NCBI RefSeq assembly: GCF_036321535.1
Contig: NC_087436.1
Span: forward strand, 82,462,001-82,526,000
From: Camelus dromedarius
Taxonomy: Eukaryota
Length of the DNA: 64,000 nucleotides
Reading direction: 5' to 3'
A model generated the notes under the pieces. That model did no database searches. It had not been told where the DNA came from and saw nothing but the letters and a program-made list of their open reading frames with translations. The position numbers were made by a program, and so were the translations under genes. How positions within the stretch are numbered: the first letter of the stretch is position 1; each line of letters opens with the position of its first letter. Positions 1 to 13,080 of the stretch are shown piece by piece.

Positions 1-558
1 TTTTTGTGCTTAAATATTATAAAAGGTTGTGGTTAAGCTACTGTAGGCGTAAATCACTGACCATTTATTTATCCAGTTTTCTTTTCTCAAATGAGTAATG
101 ACCCTGCACATGGGCATCTTTTACAACTCTTACATTAAGCTCTTCCATGAGTTGGATGCAATAAATTTGTTCAAAACTCATCCAAGGTATTACTATCCTC
201 ATAAAAACATTTCTTTACGAGTCCCAAATTATAGGTGCCCTTCTCTACCCCTACTCTGAAGCTGCCTGATGTCTTAAGTCTTAAATGTGTACAGAAATTC
301 AGTGCCAAAATAAATTAATTTACAGTCAAATAACAAGTCAGTGAGCAACATGGCAAAGTTAGACAAAAGTTGCTTTGCAATAGACATAGCCTCTTTCAAT
401 GCTGCAAAATTGCATATATATATATAAAATACGTACACATATATATAAAATACAAAAATTGAATTTAGCATAAATTAGTTTATACATTTAACATATGTTC
501 TTGGGTACAGAGATCACAGGGATAGAAAATACAGACCCACATAAAATGTTATCTTCCC

Positions 559-560
<2 letters not shown>

Positions 561-596
<36 letters not shown>
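561..596. repeat. (TG)18 microsatellite
   Basis: Direct reading. Confidence 0.97.
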
Positions 597-598
<2 letters not shown>

Positions 599-599
599 A

Positions 600-790
600 A
601 TAACTAATTCCTACAGAGGGGCTACTAAGTGCCAGATACTGTTCTAAGAACTTTATGTCATTAATTCACTTAATCCTCATAACAATCCTATGAAGTAGGT
701 ACTGCTGTGATCCCCACTTTATAATTGAGAAAAGTTAGGCACAGGGAGGGTAAGTAAGTTACCCAAGGTGACATAGGTACTACCAACTAG
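600..790 (-). mobile_element. MIR SINE remnant
   Basis: MIR core: cacttaatcctcataacaatcctatgaagtaggtact...ccccactttataattgag. Other MIR/L2/MER5A remnants are scattered (e.g. ~1050-1570, 2500-3150, 20555-20770, 22030-22290, 25950-26170, 48630-48870, 60190-60420). Confidence 0.7.
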
Positions 791-1725
791 AACAGCTCTC
801 ATCTCTGTGAAGGAGAATCATTATTGATGTAAGTAAAATAGTTATTGTTAAATGTAGATATTTCTCGCCTAAAGGACTTGCTCTTACTGTACCCTTTCCA
901 GGAAAGCCATTACCCACCACTGGCCTGGGTAATTTCTACTTACTCTTTTGACTTAGCTCAGGCTTCGCTGATAATAAAGAGGCATCAGTTTGAAAAAAAA
1001 ATTACAATGTAAAAATAGAAGTTAAAAATGCCCCCAAATCTAAAATTCTCAAACAATGAGGTTCTCAAGTCTGGTTGAACTGGAATCTTTATAATGTACT
1101 GAATCAGAATATCCAGGGGTGATGTCCAGGAATGTGAATTTTAAAAGAATTTTCCCAGGCCCTAATGACCTTTCTACTGTTACAGTATTTAGTTTACAAG
1201 GATGAGTATGAATACATTTAGGGTGAAACCCCATTACCTGAAGCACATCTCAGTTGTATACAGAAGATGCAAATAATGCTTTCTAGAAATAGATCTATAT
1301 ATGATCAAACCCTGATAAATAGGTTTATCCTAAGCACCTAACCCAGTTCTTTGCTGGGCTTCAGAAGACCCTGTCAGTGATTCTGTAGGTCATCCAAGGA
1401 TTCACCTGCATCAGAATTAGATGGGCGAGTTGTGGGTGCATAGGGTACTAAACATGCAGATTCCTGAGTCCGGCCCTCGATCTACTGAAAGAAAACTTCT
1501 AGGGTGCCTATTTTTTTTTAAACAAGTTCCCTGGAAGATTCCAGAACACACTAAAGTCTGGGAACCTCAGTTCTAGGTTCTAGTTCTGGGTCTGCCACTA
1601 GCTAGCTGCACAACCTTGGGTGAACCACAAACCTACTGTTACTTTGTTTACATAATAATGGGGTCATGGCCAAAATCCCTCCCATCTCTGACATGATACA
1701 ATTTGAACCAAATATAAAATTTCAC

Positions 1726-1833
1726 CTTCTTTGCAGAGCTGTAAATTTCTTCTCGGTTACTGCAGTCGACCGCAGAGGAATGAACCTTTGCACCTAGTCT
1801 CTTGCATTCAGCAGCTGTTTCCTCAAGTCCATG
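1726..1833 (-). CDS. HSD17B11: HSD17B11 coding exon 2
   Basis: Minus strand tttttctag|CAT GGA CTT GAG...AAG AAG|gtgaa encodes HGLEETAAECKRLGAKVHSSAVDCSNREEIYSSAKK; 108 nt, phase 0, continues exon 1 in frame. Confidence 0.95.
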
Positions 1834-3814
1834 CTAGAAAAAGCAACAAAGGGTAAGGAAAACAAAATGAATGACATGAGCATATTATATCAATAGCCAA
1901 AAACATTTATGGGTAGTCAGATTCTTTGGATTAGGATTGGACAAGAATTTAACTGACACATATTTTTGACAGGGACATAGGTAAACTTTACTCTCAATAC
2001 TTTGACTAGCTTCTCTTACTTGGAACTGAATTTAAAGCAAGCTTTTTTAAAGAAGACAAAAATCTTCAAATACTGGGTTTGTATTCATGAATTTTACATA
2101 CTCTATGAATCTATGTATGTGTATGTATTGTTCCATATCAGGCTTTTAAAAAATGATATTAAGCTTTTTTTCTATGTCATTAAAAACTATTCATGGGTAT
2201 CAATTTTCTGGCTGCAAAATATATAAATAAATAGTTAACCACAGTTCATTCATTAATTAACTCATTTCTCCAACATTTTAATGTGTCGGTCATAGTCACA
2301 GTGCTTAGAAGAAACTTGTGGACACAAATTTGAATGAGAAAGAGTCCTGACATCAGCAAGCTCACAGTGTCGTACAAAGAAACACAAATTACATATAACA
2401 TTTAGGTAGGACCATATGAAATCGTCACTGCTTTGGAATAAAGAGCTGAAAACTGGCCGTTTCATATGATTCAAAACAATATATTGTGGTAAGTATAATA
2501 ATAGTACTAGACAGAGAGCGTTACAGGACCATGGAGGAGGGGCGTGCAATACATTTCTAGAAGAAGCCCCTGAGCTGGGCTTCAAGAGTGAGGAGAACTG
2601 CCAGGTAAATCAGGGGAAAGGGCATGCCAGGCAGTGTAAACAAAGGGAGGAACAGGAGAAAAGTTTTGTGGGAAAGCACTGGCTGACTGATGTTGCTGAG
2701 TCACAAAGTCCAAGGCCAACAGGTGTCCAGATTAAAGGGATCATACATCATACTGTTTTATCCAAAAGTTAGTGTAGAGGCACTGAGTAAATAAGTGGGT
2801 CAGATTTGTGTATTGTATTGACTATTCTTTCTAACATATGGAGGACAGATTTTAGAGGTCGATATTGCAGGAAGAGAGAAAAATTTGCAGCCAGTTACAA
2901 TGATCAGCAAGAGATGATACAAGCTTGAATTGTGGCACCAGCAGAAAGAATGAAGTGAAGAGAATAATCTTTAAAATAAATCTTCAGGAGGCAAAATCAT
3001 CAGGATTTGGTGATTGGATGAGGAAGGTGGGAAGGAACCAAGGTTGATGTCCTTGTTTTTCCGTTTTGGTAATTGTCAGCACGTCAGCTGGAGATCACAA
3101 GGAGAGAGCAGATTTGAGACAAGGAATGATGAACTCAACTGGGGGCATTACTTTAAAGTCACCTTAAGTTCAGGTTCAGACCATCGGGTTCTGTTTTTGT
3201 TTGTTTCCATTTTTGCTTGTTTGTTGGCTTGCTTTTGACCAATTTTGTAGCTCTTTTGTTTTAAAAAATGTCTCAAAAGATACCTTGGATTGAGGTTGTC
3301 TGTTAACTCTGTGTGTCAAGAAAGTACTGTCAGCTAATGCATGAGTGGACAGACTTACTAGACTGACTTGCAGTAAATGTAGTAAGAGAATTAACCACAT
3401 TTTTCCACAGGGAGAATGGTAAAACAGAACACGAGTGTGCAAATTTGCTAGTAAACAGCAATTACTTTTGCAGCGAAACCAAATTTGGACAGCTGTGGAA
3501 AGAATTAGCAGTTTGTGTAGTAATTTATTGTGGCAGTAAAAGGAAACGGTGTTTTCCCTTTACGGAAATCTGCCACACAAACTGTAGTATACTCTGATGG
3601 GGAGCCGTTATTCCCCAAGGGACATCAAGACATCTCAGGTAGACCTTATGTTGCCCTTCAGAACCTAATCGGCAGCTTTTAACACTTTCATTTAAAAGTA
3701 TATTTGGACCAACGATGTGAATGGAATGCATCTGAATAAAAATTATGATTAATCATTTTTTGAACTGCAGAGGTCCATAAAAAAATAATAAAAGTATATT
3801 TTATTAATGTGTTA

Positions 3815-4205
3815 TATACATATGGTGGAACATTATTCAGCCTTCAAAAGAAATAAAATTCTGATGCATGCTACAACATGGTTGAACCTTGAGGATATTG
3901 AGCTAAATGAAATAAACCGGACACAAGAGGCCAAATATTGTATAACTCCAGTTGTATGAGATACCTAGACTAGTCAAATTCACAAAGACAGAAAGTTAGT
4001 ATGGTGACTGCCAGGGGCTAGGGGAGAAAGAGGAGGGGAGAATTTGTTTAATGGGTACAGGGTTTCAATTTGGGATGATGAAAAAGTTCTGGAGATGGAT
4101 AGATGCACACTGCATAACACTATAAATGTTCTTAGAGGCAGTAAACTTAAAAATGGTTAAAATGGAAAATTTTATATTTTATATATATTACCACAATAAA
4201 AAAAG
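3815..4205 (+). mobile_element. L1MB-like 3' end
   Basis: attcagccttcaaaagaaataaaattctgatgcatgctacaacatgg...ccacaataaaaaaa. Confidence 0.8.
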
Positions 4206-5867
4206 TATAAAAGGCATATTGTATTGATTTTGGGGGTCTTACCTTTATGAAAATCAGTCCTTATTGGGAACAAATTTTATGATAAAAATCCATTTACCAT
4301 CGATTTCATTTTCAGAGATTTGCTTATTACTGGTTGGCTTTCCCTAATTGTCAATGCGCAGAGCATGTAGAGGCAAAGATGTCCTTCCTTTACATTTGCA
4401 GCCTCACTTTTGCTGTATTTCCTTGGTTTTCCCAATTAGGGTCTTTCCACCCTGCTGAACTATGCAACAAATTTAAGCTCTATATTCCTCCAGGAAAATT
4501 TCTAGACAGTTTCCATAATCATTTGGTAAGAAAAAAAAAAAAAGCAGACCCACAGGAGAGAATGAATTCCTCCCTAAACATTTTTTTCAGCACAGTGGAA
4601 CTGCTCATCATTTTTCATGATCCCCCTTGGTAACTTTTTTTCTCATGTGTTGGATTCAGTTCTCAAATTTTAATCTTGGGCTCTTCTTTAGTCTTTACTT
4701 ATCACTCTCTGTCCTCTATCCCCACAACTAAAACCTCTTGCCTATTACCTACATTACTAAACATAAGTGTTTTTCTGATTCCTTTTATTACTATTTTTGA
4801 AACCATCATTAATTCACTTTTTCATTCAATAAGCAATCTTTGAGTTTATACTATATGCTTACCACTTACTGTAAATTTATCTTTCCAAACTTATCTAACC
4901 AGGTATGGGGGTGTGAATAGTCAAGAAATAGGGGATTATCTGCATAAAACAGAGTGATTAATTCATAGCATCAGTCTCAGCAGGAAAAAAAAGCTGAAGC
5001 TGCCCCGAACCACTGTCTAAATTCAAGTTCCTTTCTTGTAGACTTCATGATGAATATGAAGATGTCTGTCCCTGACATCCTGAGATCGATATATTAGGAC
5101 ACTGTTATCCTTGCTGCTTGTGTTAATCCTTGACATTGTCCCTGGGAACAATTTGTCTTTGTACCCTGGGTGAAAAGAATTTGATCTGGTCCTTCCCTGA
5201 CCTTCCAACTTGATCCTACAACAGTCTTAAAAAACTCTCCTTCACTTTCTTACTCATTCTCCACAAATCCAGCCCCAAAGTTTAACCTCTCTAGGTTCTG
5301 CTGCCTGAACTGCTTGAAATTTCCACCCTACTCTCCTTCCCCAGTCAGGTTTAGTGGTGATCAAACTTTCATAATTTTAAAATCTGTAAATCCAAGAAAA
5401 GTAAAAGGGGGTGAATGTACTGAAATAGGACTGCCAATCTATCTTGTATTTAGTCAAATAAGGACATTAAGAACTAACACAGCAACTATCATTTACTATC
5501 ACTGTAATTTCATTAAAAAAAAAATATATATATATAAAGCCCACCAAAAAGTAGGAAGGGCATAATCTCAAAATAAAAGATTAATTATTTAATTTAAATG
5601 AATTTAACATAATAGACTCACAAAACTCATTATGCTATCCATAATTTCTGACCACTTCTGTTACCTGATCTGACAAGTCCAAGTCATCTCTTAACTGGAT
5701 TATCACAATAGTCTCCTATCTGCTTTCTCTGCAACTCTTCAGCCACAGGAACCTCTCCAATGGAAACTGGCTCCAAACCCTCCACTGGCTCCCTCAGTAA
5801 AAGGCAAAGCACAAACATCCTACAGGAACCTGTATGATGATCTGGAGCTGCTGTTCCTTAAGTCTCT

Positions 5868-6200
5868 AGTCCAGAGCCATCCCACAGAAATATAATGTGA
5901 GCCATGTACTTAATTTTAATTTTTCTAGTAACCACATTTAAAAATTTTTAGTATATTATATTTAATATATCCAAAATATTATTATTTGAAATATTTATAA
6001 TTATGAAATATTATCATATCAATATATAATCCATATAAAAGTTATTAATAAGAGATTCTACACTCTTTTTTTCATACTAAGTCTTTGAAATCCTAGGAGT
6101 ATTTATACCTATAGCAGATCTTAATTCAGCTGAGCCACATTTCAAATGCTCAACCACCACAAGTGGCTGGTGGCTACCCCCTACTATTGCACAAAGCGAT
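5868..6200. mobile_element. MER33/MER3-like hAT MITE
   Basis: aatataatgtgagccatg...gccacatttcaaatgctcaaccaccacaagtggctggtggctacc. Confidence 0.7.
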
Positions 6201-7827
6201 AGCAGCACAGTTCTAGACCTTTTACGTCTCTCCATTCTGTGCCAGCCTTTACCTTTGCAGATCCCTCTCTGTAGAGGTAAGCCAGGGACCCACCGTTCCC
6301 TTGGATCTTGACCCAACTGCCTCTATCTCAGTGAAACCTTCTGTATAAGATCAATACTCTTATCTCTGCCATCCCTACCATGTGGAGTCCCTTTCATGTT
6401 TTATTTTTTCCTTATACTTATCACTATCCAGCAATTACACACTTTTATTATACAGCAAGATATTATACATCTTGTTTATTGTCCCCAGCTCATAAAGTTT
6501 TCCTCACTGCTATATCTTCAGTTCTATATTAGAATAGTATCTAGCAGATAGTAGGTGCTCAATAAATATTTGTTGGGTAAATGTACTTTACTCCAGATCA
6601 GAAAAAATTTTGTACAAACCAGCACCGGGCACTGGGAATCATGAACCTAGATGTGTAATCCAACTCTTATACATCTCTGAATTTTAGCTTAAGCTTCACT
6701 TTGTGAAGGAATAATAACACCCTAGTGTATTTACCATGTGCCAGACATTGCACTACATGCTTTGTGAGCATTATTTGGTATAATCTTCCTTGCCCTCTAA
6801 GGAAAGTACTGTTATTTTATCCATTTTGCAGAAAAGGAACCTAAAAGCTCTAGAAAGCTACCCATGAAGTTGAGTAAGTTAGCCATGGAGTGCAGAGCCC
6901 ATTTGAGTCTGACCACACCACCATGCCCACCACTCACCACCCTGACCCCATCAGATGAGGCTGGGCCTAGTTTCTACCTTCCATTGTACATGTAATTATT
7001 TAATGTCTATTTTCCCTACTAGATTGAAGGCAGGGGACCATATCTCCTATTTGTTACTGTGTTCTAATACCTAGTCAGATACTCAATGAGTATTTGTTGA
7101 TTTCATCTCAATCACCACCTACTCACTGGTTAGCTATTAGACAACGTCAATCCCCTGAACTCTTGTTTACAGCACTGGATGTTGAGTAATGTGTAAAGGA
7201 TGGCATTTCAGGCACTCAAGTACCTTCCAGAAACCCCTTTGTCCATCTAATACAGGTCAAATAAAAGGTAAGTGTATATGTCCTATTTTCCTTAAGAGGT
7301 AAAACATTACATTGAAGTTTTTTTCTTTTTCACTTTTTTTAACTAAACGATGATTTCAAAAATTACTCAGGGCAATGACTATGGCATAGTCATGTTGCTT
7401 TCTGTTGGGTATCTTTTAAGTGCACTTATCTCAATAATTGCAGGTAGGATTTTTCTGTTAATAGGTGTAAAACTCTTACTCTTTTCATATACTAGCTAAA
7501 ACTATTACTTTTTTTCATATGATTAACATAGAGGGATCAGTGAGATCAGGTGCAGGAGGAGATTACAAATTACTTTCAGGGCCAAAGTGAGGATAAATTA
7601 ACAATGTCAAATTAATCACGGGCAGTAATTGGGAATCTTACATCCTCTAGGTTTGCTTATCATGTGATCATCAACACATTAATCAAACCATGTTTTCCTC
7701 CCATCTATAAAATGGCAATATTAATTTTTTTCTACCTACTTTACAGAGATGTTATAAGGGGTTGTTGCCAGCAAAATGCAATACAGATTAAAGATATCAG
7801 AAAGTAAAATATAGTAGGCACTATTAC

Positions 7828-8037
7828 CTTATTTATATCCCACAGAACCAGTTTGCATTTAAGTTTGGCAAATTCATAGGCAGTCAGTCTTCCAATTCCA
7901 TGTCCAGCTCCAGTAATCAGGACAATTTCTCCGGTAACTGATTTTCTCTTCTTAGGAATAAAAAGCTTCAGGAGAGACTCTAAGGTGAAGATGAGCAGTA
8001 AGGGCAGAAGCAGGAGGCAGTCCAGAAAGAATTTCAT
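7828..8037 (-). CDS. HSD17B11: 17-beta-hydroxysteroid dehydrogenase 11 (short-chain dehydrogenase/reductase), coding exon 1
   Basis: Translates [70 protein letters not shown], matching the HSD17B11 N-terminus (hydrophobic anchor, TGxxxGxG NAD-binding motif). 210 nt followed by a GT donor (gtaatag on minus). The NUDT9 neighbour fits known synteny. Confidence 0.96.
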
Positions 8038-8600
8038 CTTTTTTGTTGCTGTGAGCTTTTGGTATAATTTATTTTACCTGTCACTCTTAAATTGTTTCTA
8101 GGGGGTTGTTCCCTCAGACACCAGAGAGAATAAAAGCAGACCAGGAAGAGCTCCTTTACAAGAGAAACAACTCTGAAACCGTTCCTTCCGCTGGGCTGGG
8201 CTTTGTTGGGTCTTCTGCAATTGGCTCAGACTGCAGTGCTGAGCAACTGCTCGCCAGCTCAGAAATCTGGGAGGGACAAAACCCAGAGGCGAGCAAAGCT
8301 TCCTAGTCACGCAGCCCCGAAGGGGTGCACAGCCAGAGTCGCCTTTCACTCATTTTCTCCTGTTCTCTTGAGCTGACCTAGGAGGGTTAGACACCGTTTG
8401 TTTTGCTAAATTTGATCAATCCCTTTCAAAGTTACAAGGCTAATACAGTGTCTGCAGTCCAGATGCTTCCTTGAAACTTAATGGTTGCCCTTGCCTAGTT
8501 AAGGGATGCAAACGTAGTTTCCTGTGTTAATTAGGACCTGGGGAGGAGGACCATTGTTCCGCTCCCGCTCAGCAAGGACGCTCCATCATACTTTAGTTTG
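8038..8600 (-). promoter_or_regulatory. HSD17B11: HSD17B11 5' UTR / proximal promoter region
   Basis: Non-repetitive, moderately GC/CpG-containing sequence immediately upstream of the start codon; the TSS cannot be placed from sequence. Confidence 0.55.
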
Positions 8601-9115
8601 AGCTACACAACGATTTCTGAAAGACAGAGGAAATGTTGTCCTTTCAAGGACAGCAATAATCAAGTCCCAGGAAAATTCTGATCATGTTAAAGGAGATTGT
8701 TTCCACAAGGAGGAGCAGTGTTTAGGTAACCTATTTCAGTCAATCTATTAGAACTTCTGAAAAAACACCTATTACACTTTAGTAATTGTGTCTTTATCTG
8801 GGTTAATAAATCATTGCCTCCAGAATAAATAATAAAGTAGAAAGAAAATCACCTTGCCTAACGATTACCTATGTAATTTTTGGTTTCGTAGCCTATATGT
8901 GTAAGTGTTCATAGCCTATGTGTGTGAGTGATTTAAACAAAAATCCTAGATACTGATTGTTGAAAGAAAAGACCCAACTGTGGGCTTGTGTGCAGTAAGA
9001 CCTTAAAAAATGTCATTTATATGTGTTTTTTTTTCAATTCAGTTCTTGACAGTAATTGAATTAGGGCTTTTTGTGACACACTACAGTGCTTGGAAAGAGA
9101 CTTTTGTCATCTGAG

Positions 9116-10029
9116 TGCTAACTCAAAGTTGGTACTTGACATCTGCCTTTACAAGGATTGGATCACATTGGTACTTGCCATCTAACTCTGCTTGGATTAA
9201 ATCACAGAGCTGCTGCAGCCACTGACCTCCAACACACCCTGAAAGTTCAGGATGGAGGTCAGGAATGGGGCACTCTGTGCTCTGGGAAAACTGACTGAAC
9301 AGGCCTTCACATAGATATTTTCAGTAGAAGATTTTATGACTCCAATTCTTATGTCTCCTCATTTCTAGCAAAGCACTAGAATCATTAATGGTGACATCTG
9401 CTCCTCATAACTAGCAGCAAGCCTCTGCCTATGTGCTTGACTGCACGTACCCCCCTTAACTGAAATCATATATAATGTTGGGCCAACTGACATCCTTCAA
9501 AGTCCAACAACCCTCATTTCTGGGCTCTCAGATGAAGTACATTCTTTACTGGGCATGTTTCCCGTAACAAACTAACAGCCCTAGGTAATGCTCAGGCTGG
9601 CTTGTTTCAAGCCTACTTTATCAGAGTCAAACCCCACCATCCTTCACGGACCCTAAACCTCTTATCTCACCTGCAAGCAATCAGAGACTTGTGCACAAGC
9701 TGATCAGGCACCTTGTGACCCGGCCTTATAAAACACCCCAACAACCAGCCCTTGGTGCTCATGCAGGCACCCTTCGCCTGTGTGGCTCACTGTTGTCTAT
9801 GACAGTGTACCCTAATAAACTCCTTTCTATTCTTATACTCAACTTCTGGTAAATTCTTTTACCAACCTGCATGTTACCATGTCACCAACAGGCCACCACA
9901 TTGTGCACACAACATATAATATCCCTCAGAGCTTTCTGGGATGCTGTCTCCCAGGCTATAGTTCTCATTTTGCACCAAATAAAACTTAACCCACAACTCT
10001 TATGTTGTGTGATTTTATTTCAGTCAACA
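9116..10029 (+). mobile_element. 5' LTR of the provirus (interrupted by a nested LTR)
   Basis: Roughly 90% identical by eye to 16329-16830 once 9476-9914 is removed; ~39-bp tandem repeat in U3. Confidence 0.9.
9476..9914 (+). mobile_element. Solo LTR nested in the proviral 5' LTR
   Basis: TGTTG...CAACA termini; 5-bp TSD TATAA at 9471-9475 and 9915-9919; internal TATAAAA and AATAAA; absent from the 3' LTR; related to 27252-27743. Confidence 0.88.
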
Positions 10030-10033
10030 GTTT

Positions 10034-10055
10034 TGGCAAATCCACAAAGGGATCC
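10034..10055 (+). other. Primer-binding site, tRNA-Arg-like
   Basis: TGGCAAATCCACAAAGGGATCC a few nt after the LTR end; resembles the complement of the tRNA-Arg 3' end (TGGCAACCACGAAGGGAT) with an indel and a mismatch. Confidence 0.6.
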
Positions 10056-10427
10056 AGAGCAGACTTTTCTCCTTTGCCTGAACTCTGTGAGAAACTGGAG
10101 CCTTGGTACCTTTGTGCCCATCTGCTTCCTCAGAGAGTCCAGACAAATTTGGGTGAGTCTTTTGTGGTTCTTGGATCTCCCATATTGGTTAATGATCCTG
10201 AGTTTTATTTGGCAGTGTATCCAGTTACCTGGCCCTCCAGTTGAGAGATACTGGGAGGAATACCCACCCAGTAAAAAGGTGGTGGATGGAGCCTGGATGA
10301 GAGATACCAGGGTCTGGACTGGGTGGTTAGGTAAGAGGCTGAGCTGATGCTTTTCCTCAATTTGACTACCTCAGTAGAATTTGTCGGGACAAAAGTGAAA
10401 TTTTATCCCAACAAATTCAACTTTAAA

Positions 10428-11770
10428 ATGAGAAATAGAGTCTTTCAAACAGAGAAATGAGGGGCATCAGAAAACCAACCTCAGACTAACACACTAGCCA
10501 AATTCATGTATGGAGCTCATACTTGCAAGTACCTACTTAATTGGGGAAATTATACTAAAGGAGATCTCAATCTAAAATGGCCAAATTGGGGTTCTTTTTG
10601 ATATTCCATAATTGATATTTTTGCATGTACAGTTATAAAAAGCCAACCATAAGACTGAATGGAATGCTTACTTGATTGGTATTTAGAAGCTTCTAAAAGA
10701 GGAAATAATAAAATAACCTCTTTCAGGAAACCAACAAGAAATTGTTTAAAACTGTATCAGAACTGAAAAGGGCTGCTAGCACTGACACTGTCTCTCCCTC
10801 TGCTCCTCCCATGTATCCTCTTCTATCTGAATTTTTTGGTCCAGATGCTCTCTCTTTTTCTCTTCTGTCTCTTCCACCTCCTGCTGTTCTCTCTTCCCCA
10901 GTAAAAGAGAATTAAAAAATCAGAGGTGATTATAGTTCTCTTTAAGGAGGAACCTATTACAGGGAGAGGCGAACTGTCTTTGGTGCTTGTGTACACACCC
11001 TGGACATGAGCAGAACTTAGAGCTTTGGCTAAGGAATTTCCCACTCCAAGTAAGGATCCATTGGGATTTGCTACAGAGTTTTAGTTAACCATCTGGACTT
11101 ACAAGCCCATGTTTTAAGATCTATATCAATTAGCTTCTGAAAGCAAACCAAGGAAATAGACAGAGAAAGCAGGTTGGAAATGACCTCTACTGGACTTTGA
11201 ATTACATAGTCCACAGGCTCACACTGAATGCAAAGAATTAGCTCAAAAATTACTCGAATTTATCCCAGAGCTTGTCCCAAAAACTCTGGGCAAAGATTCA
11301 GCAGTGCAAGCAAAGACCTGATGAAGCAATTCCAGAGTATTATGAAAGGTTAAAAAAACCGCAAAACTTTTAAAGAAGGCTTGACACCTGAATCGTTCTC
11401 TAATGACCAAAATGATCCTTTAATTAACTGCCTTTTTAGAAGGCTTAGATGAGGAATTGACTACTCCAGTCAAAAGACAAGCTAGGTTGGTCCTCTTTAC
11501 CTACAAATGACCTTGTTACACTTTTAAGACCTTTACAAACAAAAGAAAGGGATACCTACAAAAAATCATGAACCTTCAATTGTGCCAATTAAGTACTCAA
11601 TGCCAGTTGAAGGTTAACTGATTCTCATTCAATCCACAACCGAATATAGAAAACCAGTTTACTTTTACTGCAGAAAACCAGAGCATCAGAAAATACATTT
11701 TAAGTCAAGAAGGAGAAGCCTAGAAGGAAAACTGGATTTTAGACCAGAATTACGAGTTAAACAAGAATAG
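10428..11770 (+). pseudogene. Decayed ERV gag
   Basis: WPNWGSF (~10578); VYTPWT*AELRALAKEFPTPSKDPLGFATEF (~10989); major-homology-like QCKQRPDEAIPEYYERL (~11301); degenerate zinc knuckle YFYCRKPEH (~11660); many stops and frameshifts. Confidence 0.8.
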
Positions 11771-12120
11771 GGCTGCTCCAGGGTAACATGAATACTTTAG
11801 GAGTAATATATTTTAGAAATGTCTACTTAAAGATAAGTTCTCCAGATATTTGGTAACTTAAAATTTTAGAGTTGTGCTAGATTAACTTAAATAATGGAAG
11901 TTTATTGAATAGCTAGGTCATTCCCAAATACAGTAAGATACTGAAAAATTAATTACTGAATATTGACTTCCTTTTGCAGAGAAACTAAAAGTATCTAGAA
12001 CTATTAACACATATTTTTAGAGCCAAAGTGAGATATTTTCTATAAGAAAGCATATGGCTTTTTAGAATTATAATTGATATTTATTTGCCAATCTACAGAA
12101 TACTAATGTGAAAGACCATT

Positions 12121-13080
12121 CATACATAATAAGAAAAAGACAAACAACCCAATCCAAAAATGAGCAGAAGACCTAAACAAGCAATTCTCCAAGGAAGAAA
12201 TACAAATGATCAATCGGCACATGAAAAAATGCTCAATATCACTATCATAGAAATGCAAATCAAAACTACAATGATAACCTCACACCAGTCAGAATGGCCA
12301 TCATTCAAAAGTCCACAAATGACAAATGCTGGAGAGGCTGTGGAGAAAAGGGAACCCTCCTACACTGCTGGTGGGAATGCAGTTTGGTGTAGCCACTGTG
12401 GAAAACAGTATGCAGATTCCTCAAAAGACTAGGGATAGACTTACCATATGACCCAGCCATCCCGCTCCTGGGCATATATCCAGAAGGAACCCTACTTTAA
12501 AAAGACACCTGCATCCCAATGTTCATAGCAGCACTATTTACAACAGCCAAGACATGGAAACAGCCTAAATGTCCATCAACAGATGACTGGATAAAGAAGT
12601 GGTGGTATATTTATACAATGAAATACTATTCAGCCATAAAAACCAACAACATAACGCCATTTGCAGCAACATGGATGTCCCTGGAGGATGTCATTCTAAG
12701 TGAAGTCAGCCAGAAAGAGAAGGAAAAATACCATATGAGATTGCCCATATGTGGAATCTAAAAACAAAAACATAAATACAAAAGAGAAACAGACTCATAG
12801 ACATAGAATACAAACTTGTGGTTGCCAAGGGGGCAGGGGGTGGGAAGGGACAGACTAGGATTTCAAAATTTGTAGATACTAACAGGCATATGCAGAATAG
12901 ATAAACAAGATTATACTGTACAGCATAGGGAAATATATACAAGATCCTGTGGTAACTCACAGAGAAAAAAATGTGACAATGAATATATGTATGTTCATGT
13001 ATAACTGAAAAATAGTGCTCTACCCTGGAATTTGACACAACATTGTAAAATGACTATAACTCAATAAAAAATTGTTAAAA
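12121..13080 (+). mobile_element. 5'-truncated L1 inserted in the provirus
   Basis: ORF2 C-terminal remnants ([27 protein letters not shown]), 3' UTR, AATAAA and A-tail; TSD aaagaccatt/aaagacaatt at 12111 and 13081. Confidence 0.92.

Noticed and set aside
7741..7827. C-terminal extension of the 98-aa HSD17B11 ORF
   Set aside because: Read-through into intron 1 past the canonical GT donor.
9871..10347. 158-aa ORF
   Set aside because: Spans a nested LTR end, U5, PBS and leader; no protein similarity recognised; chance ORF.
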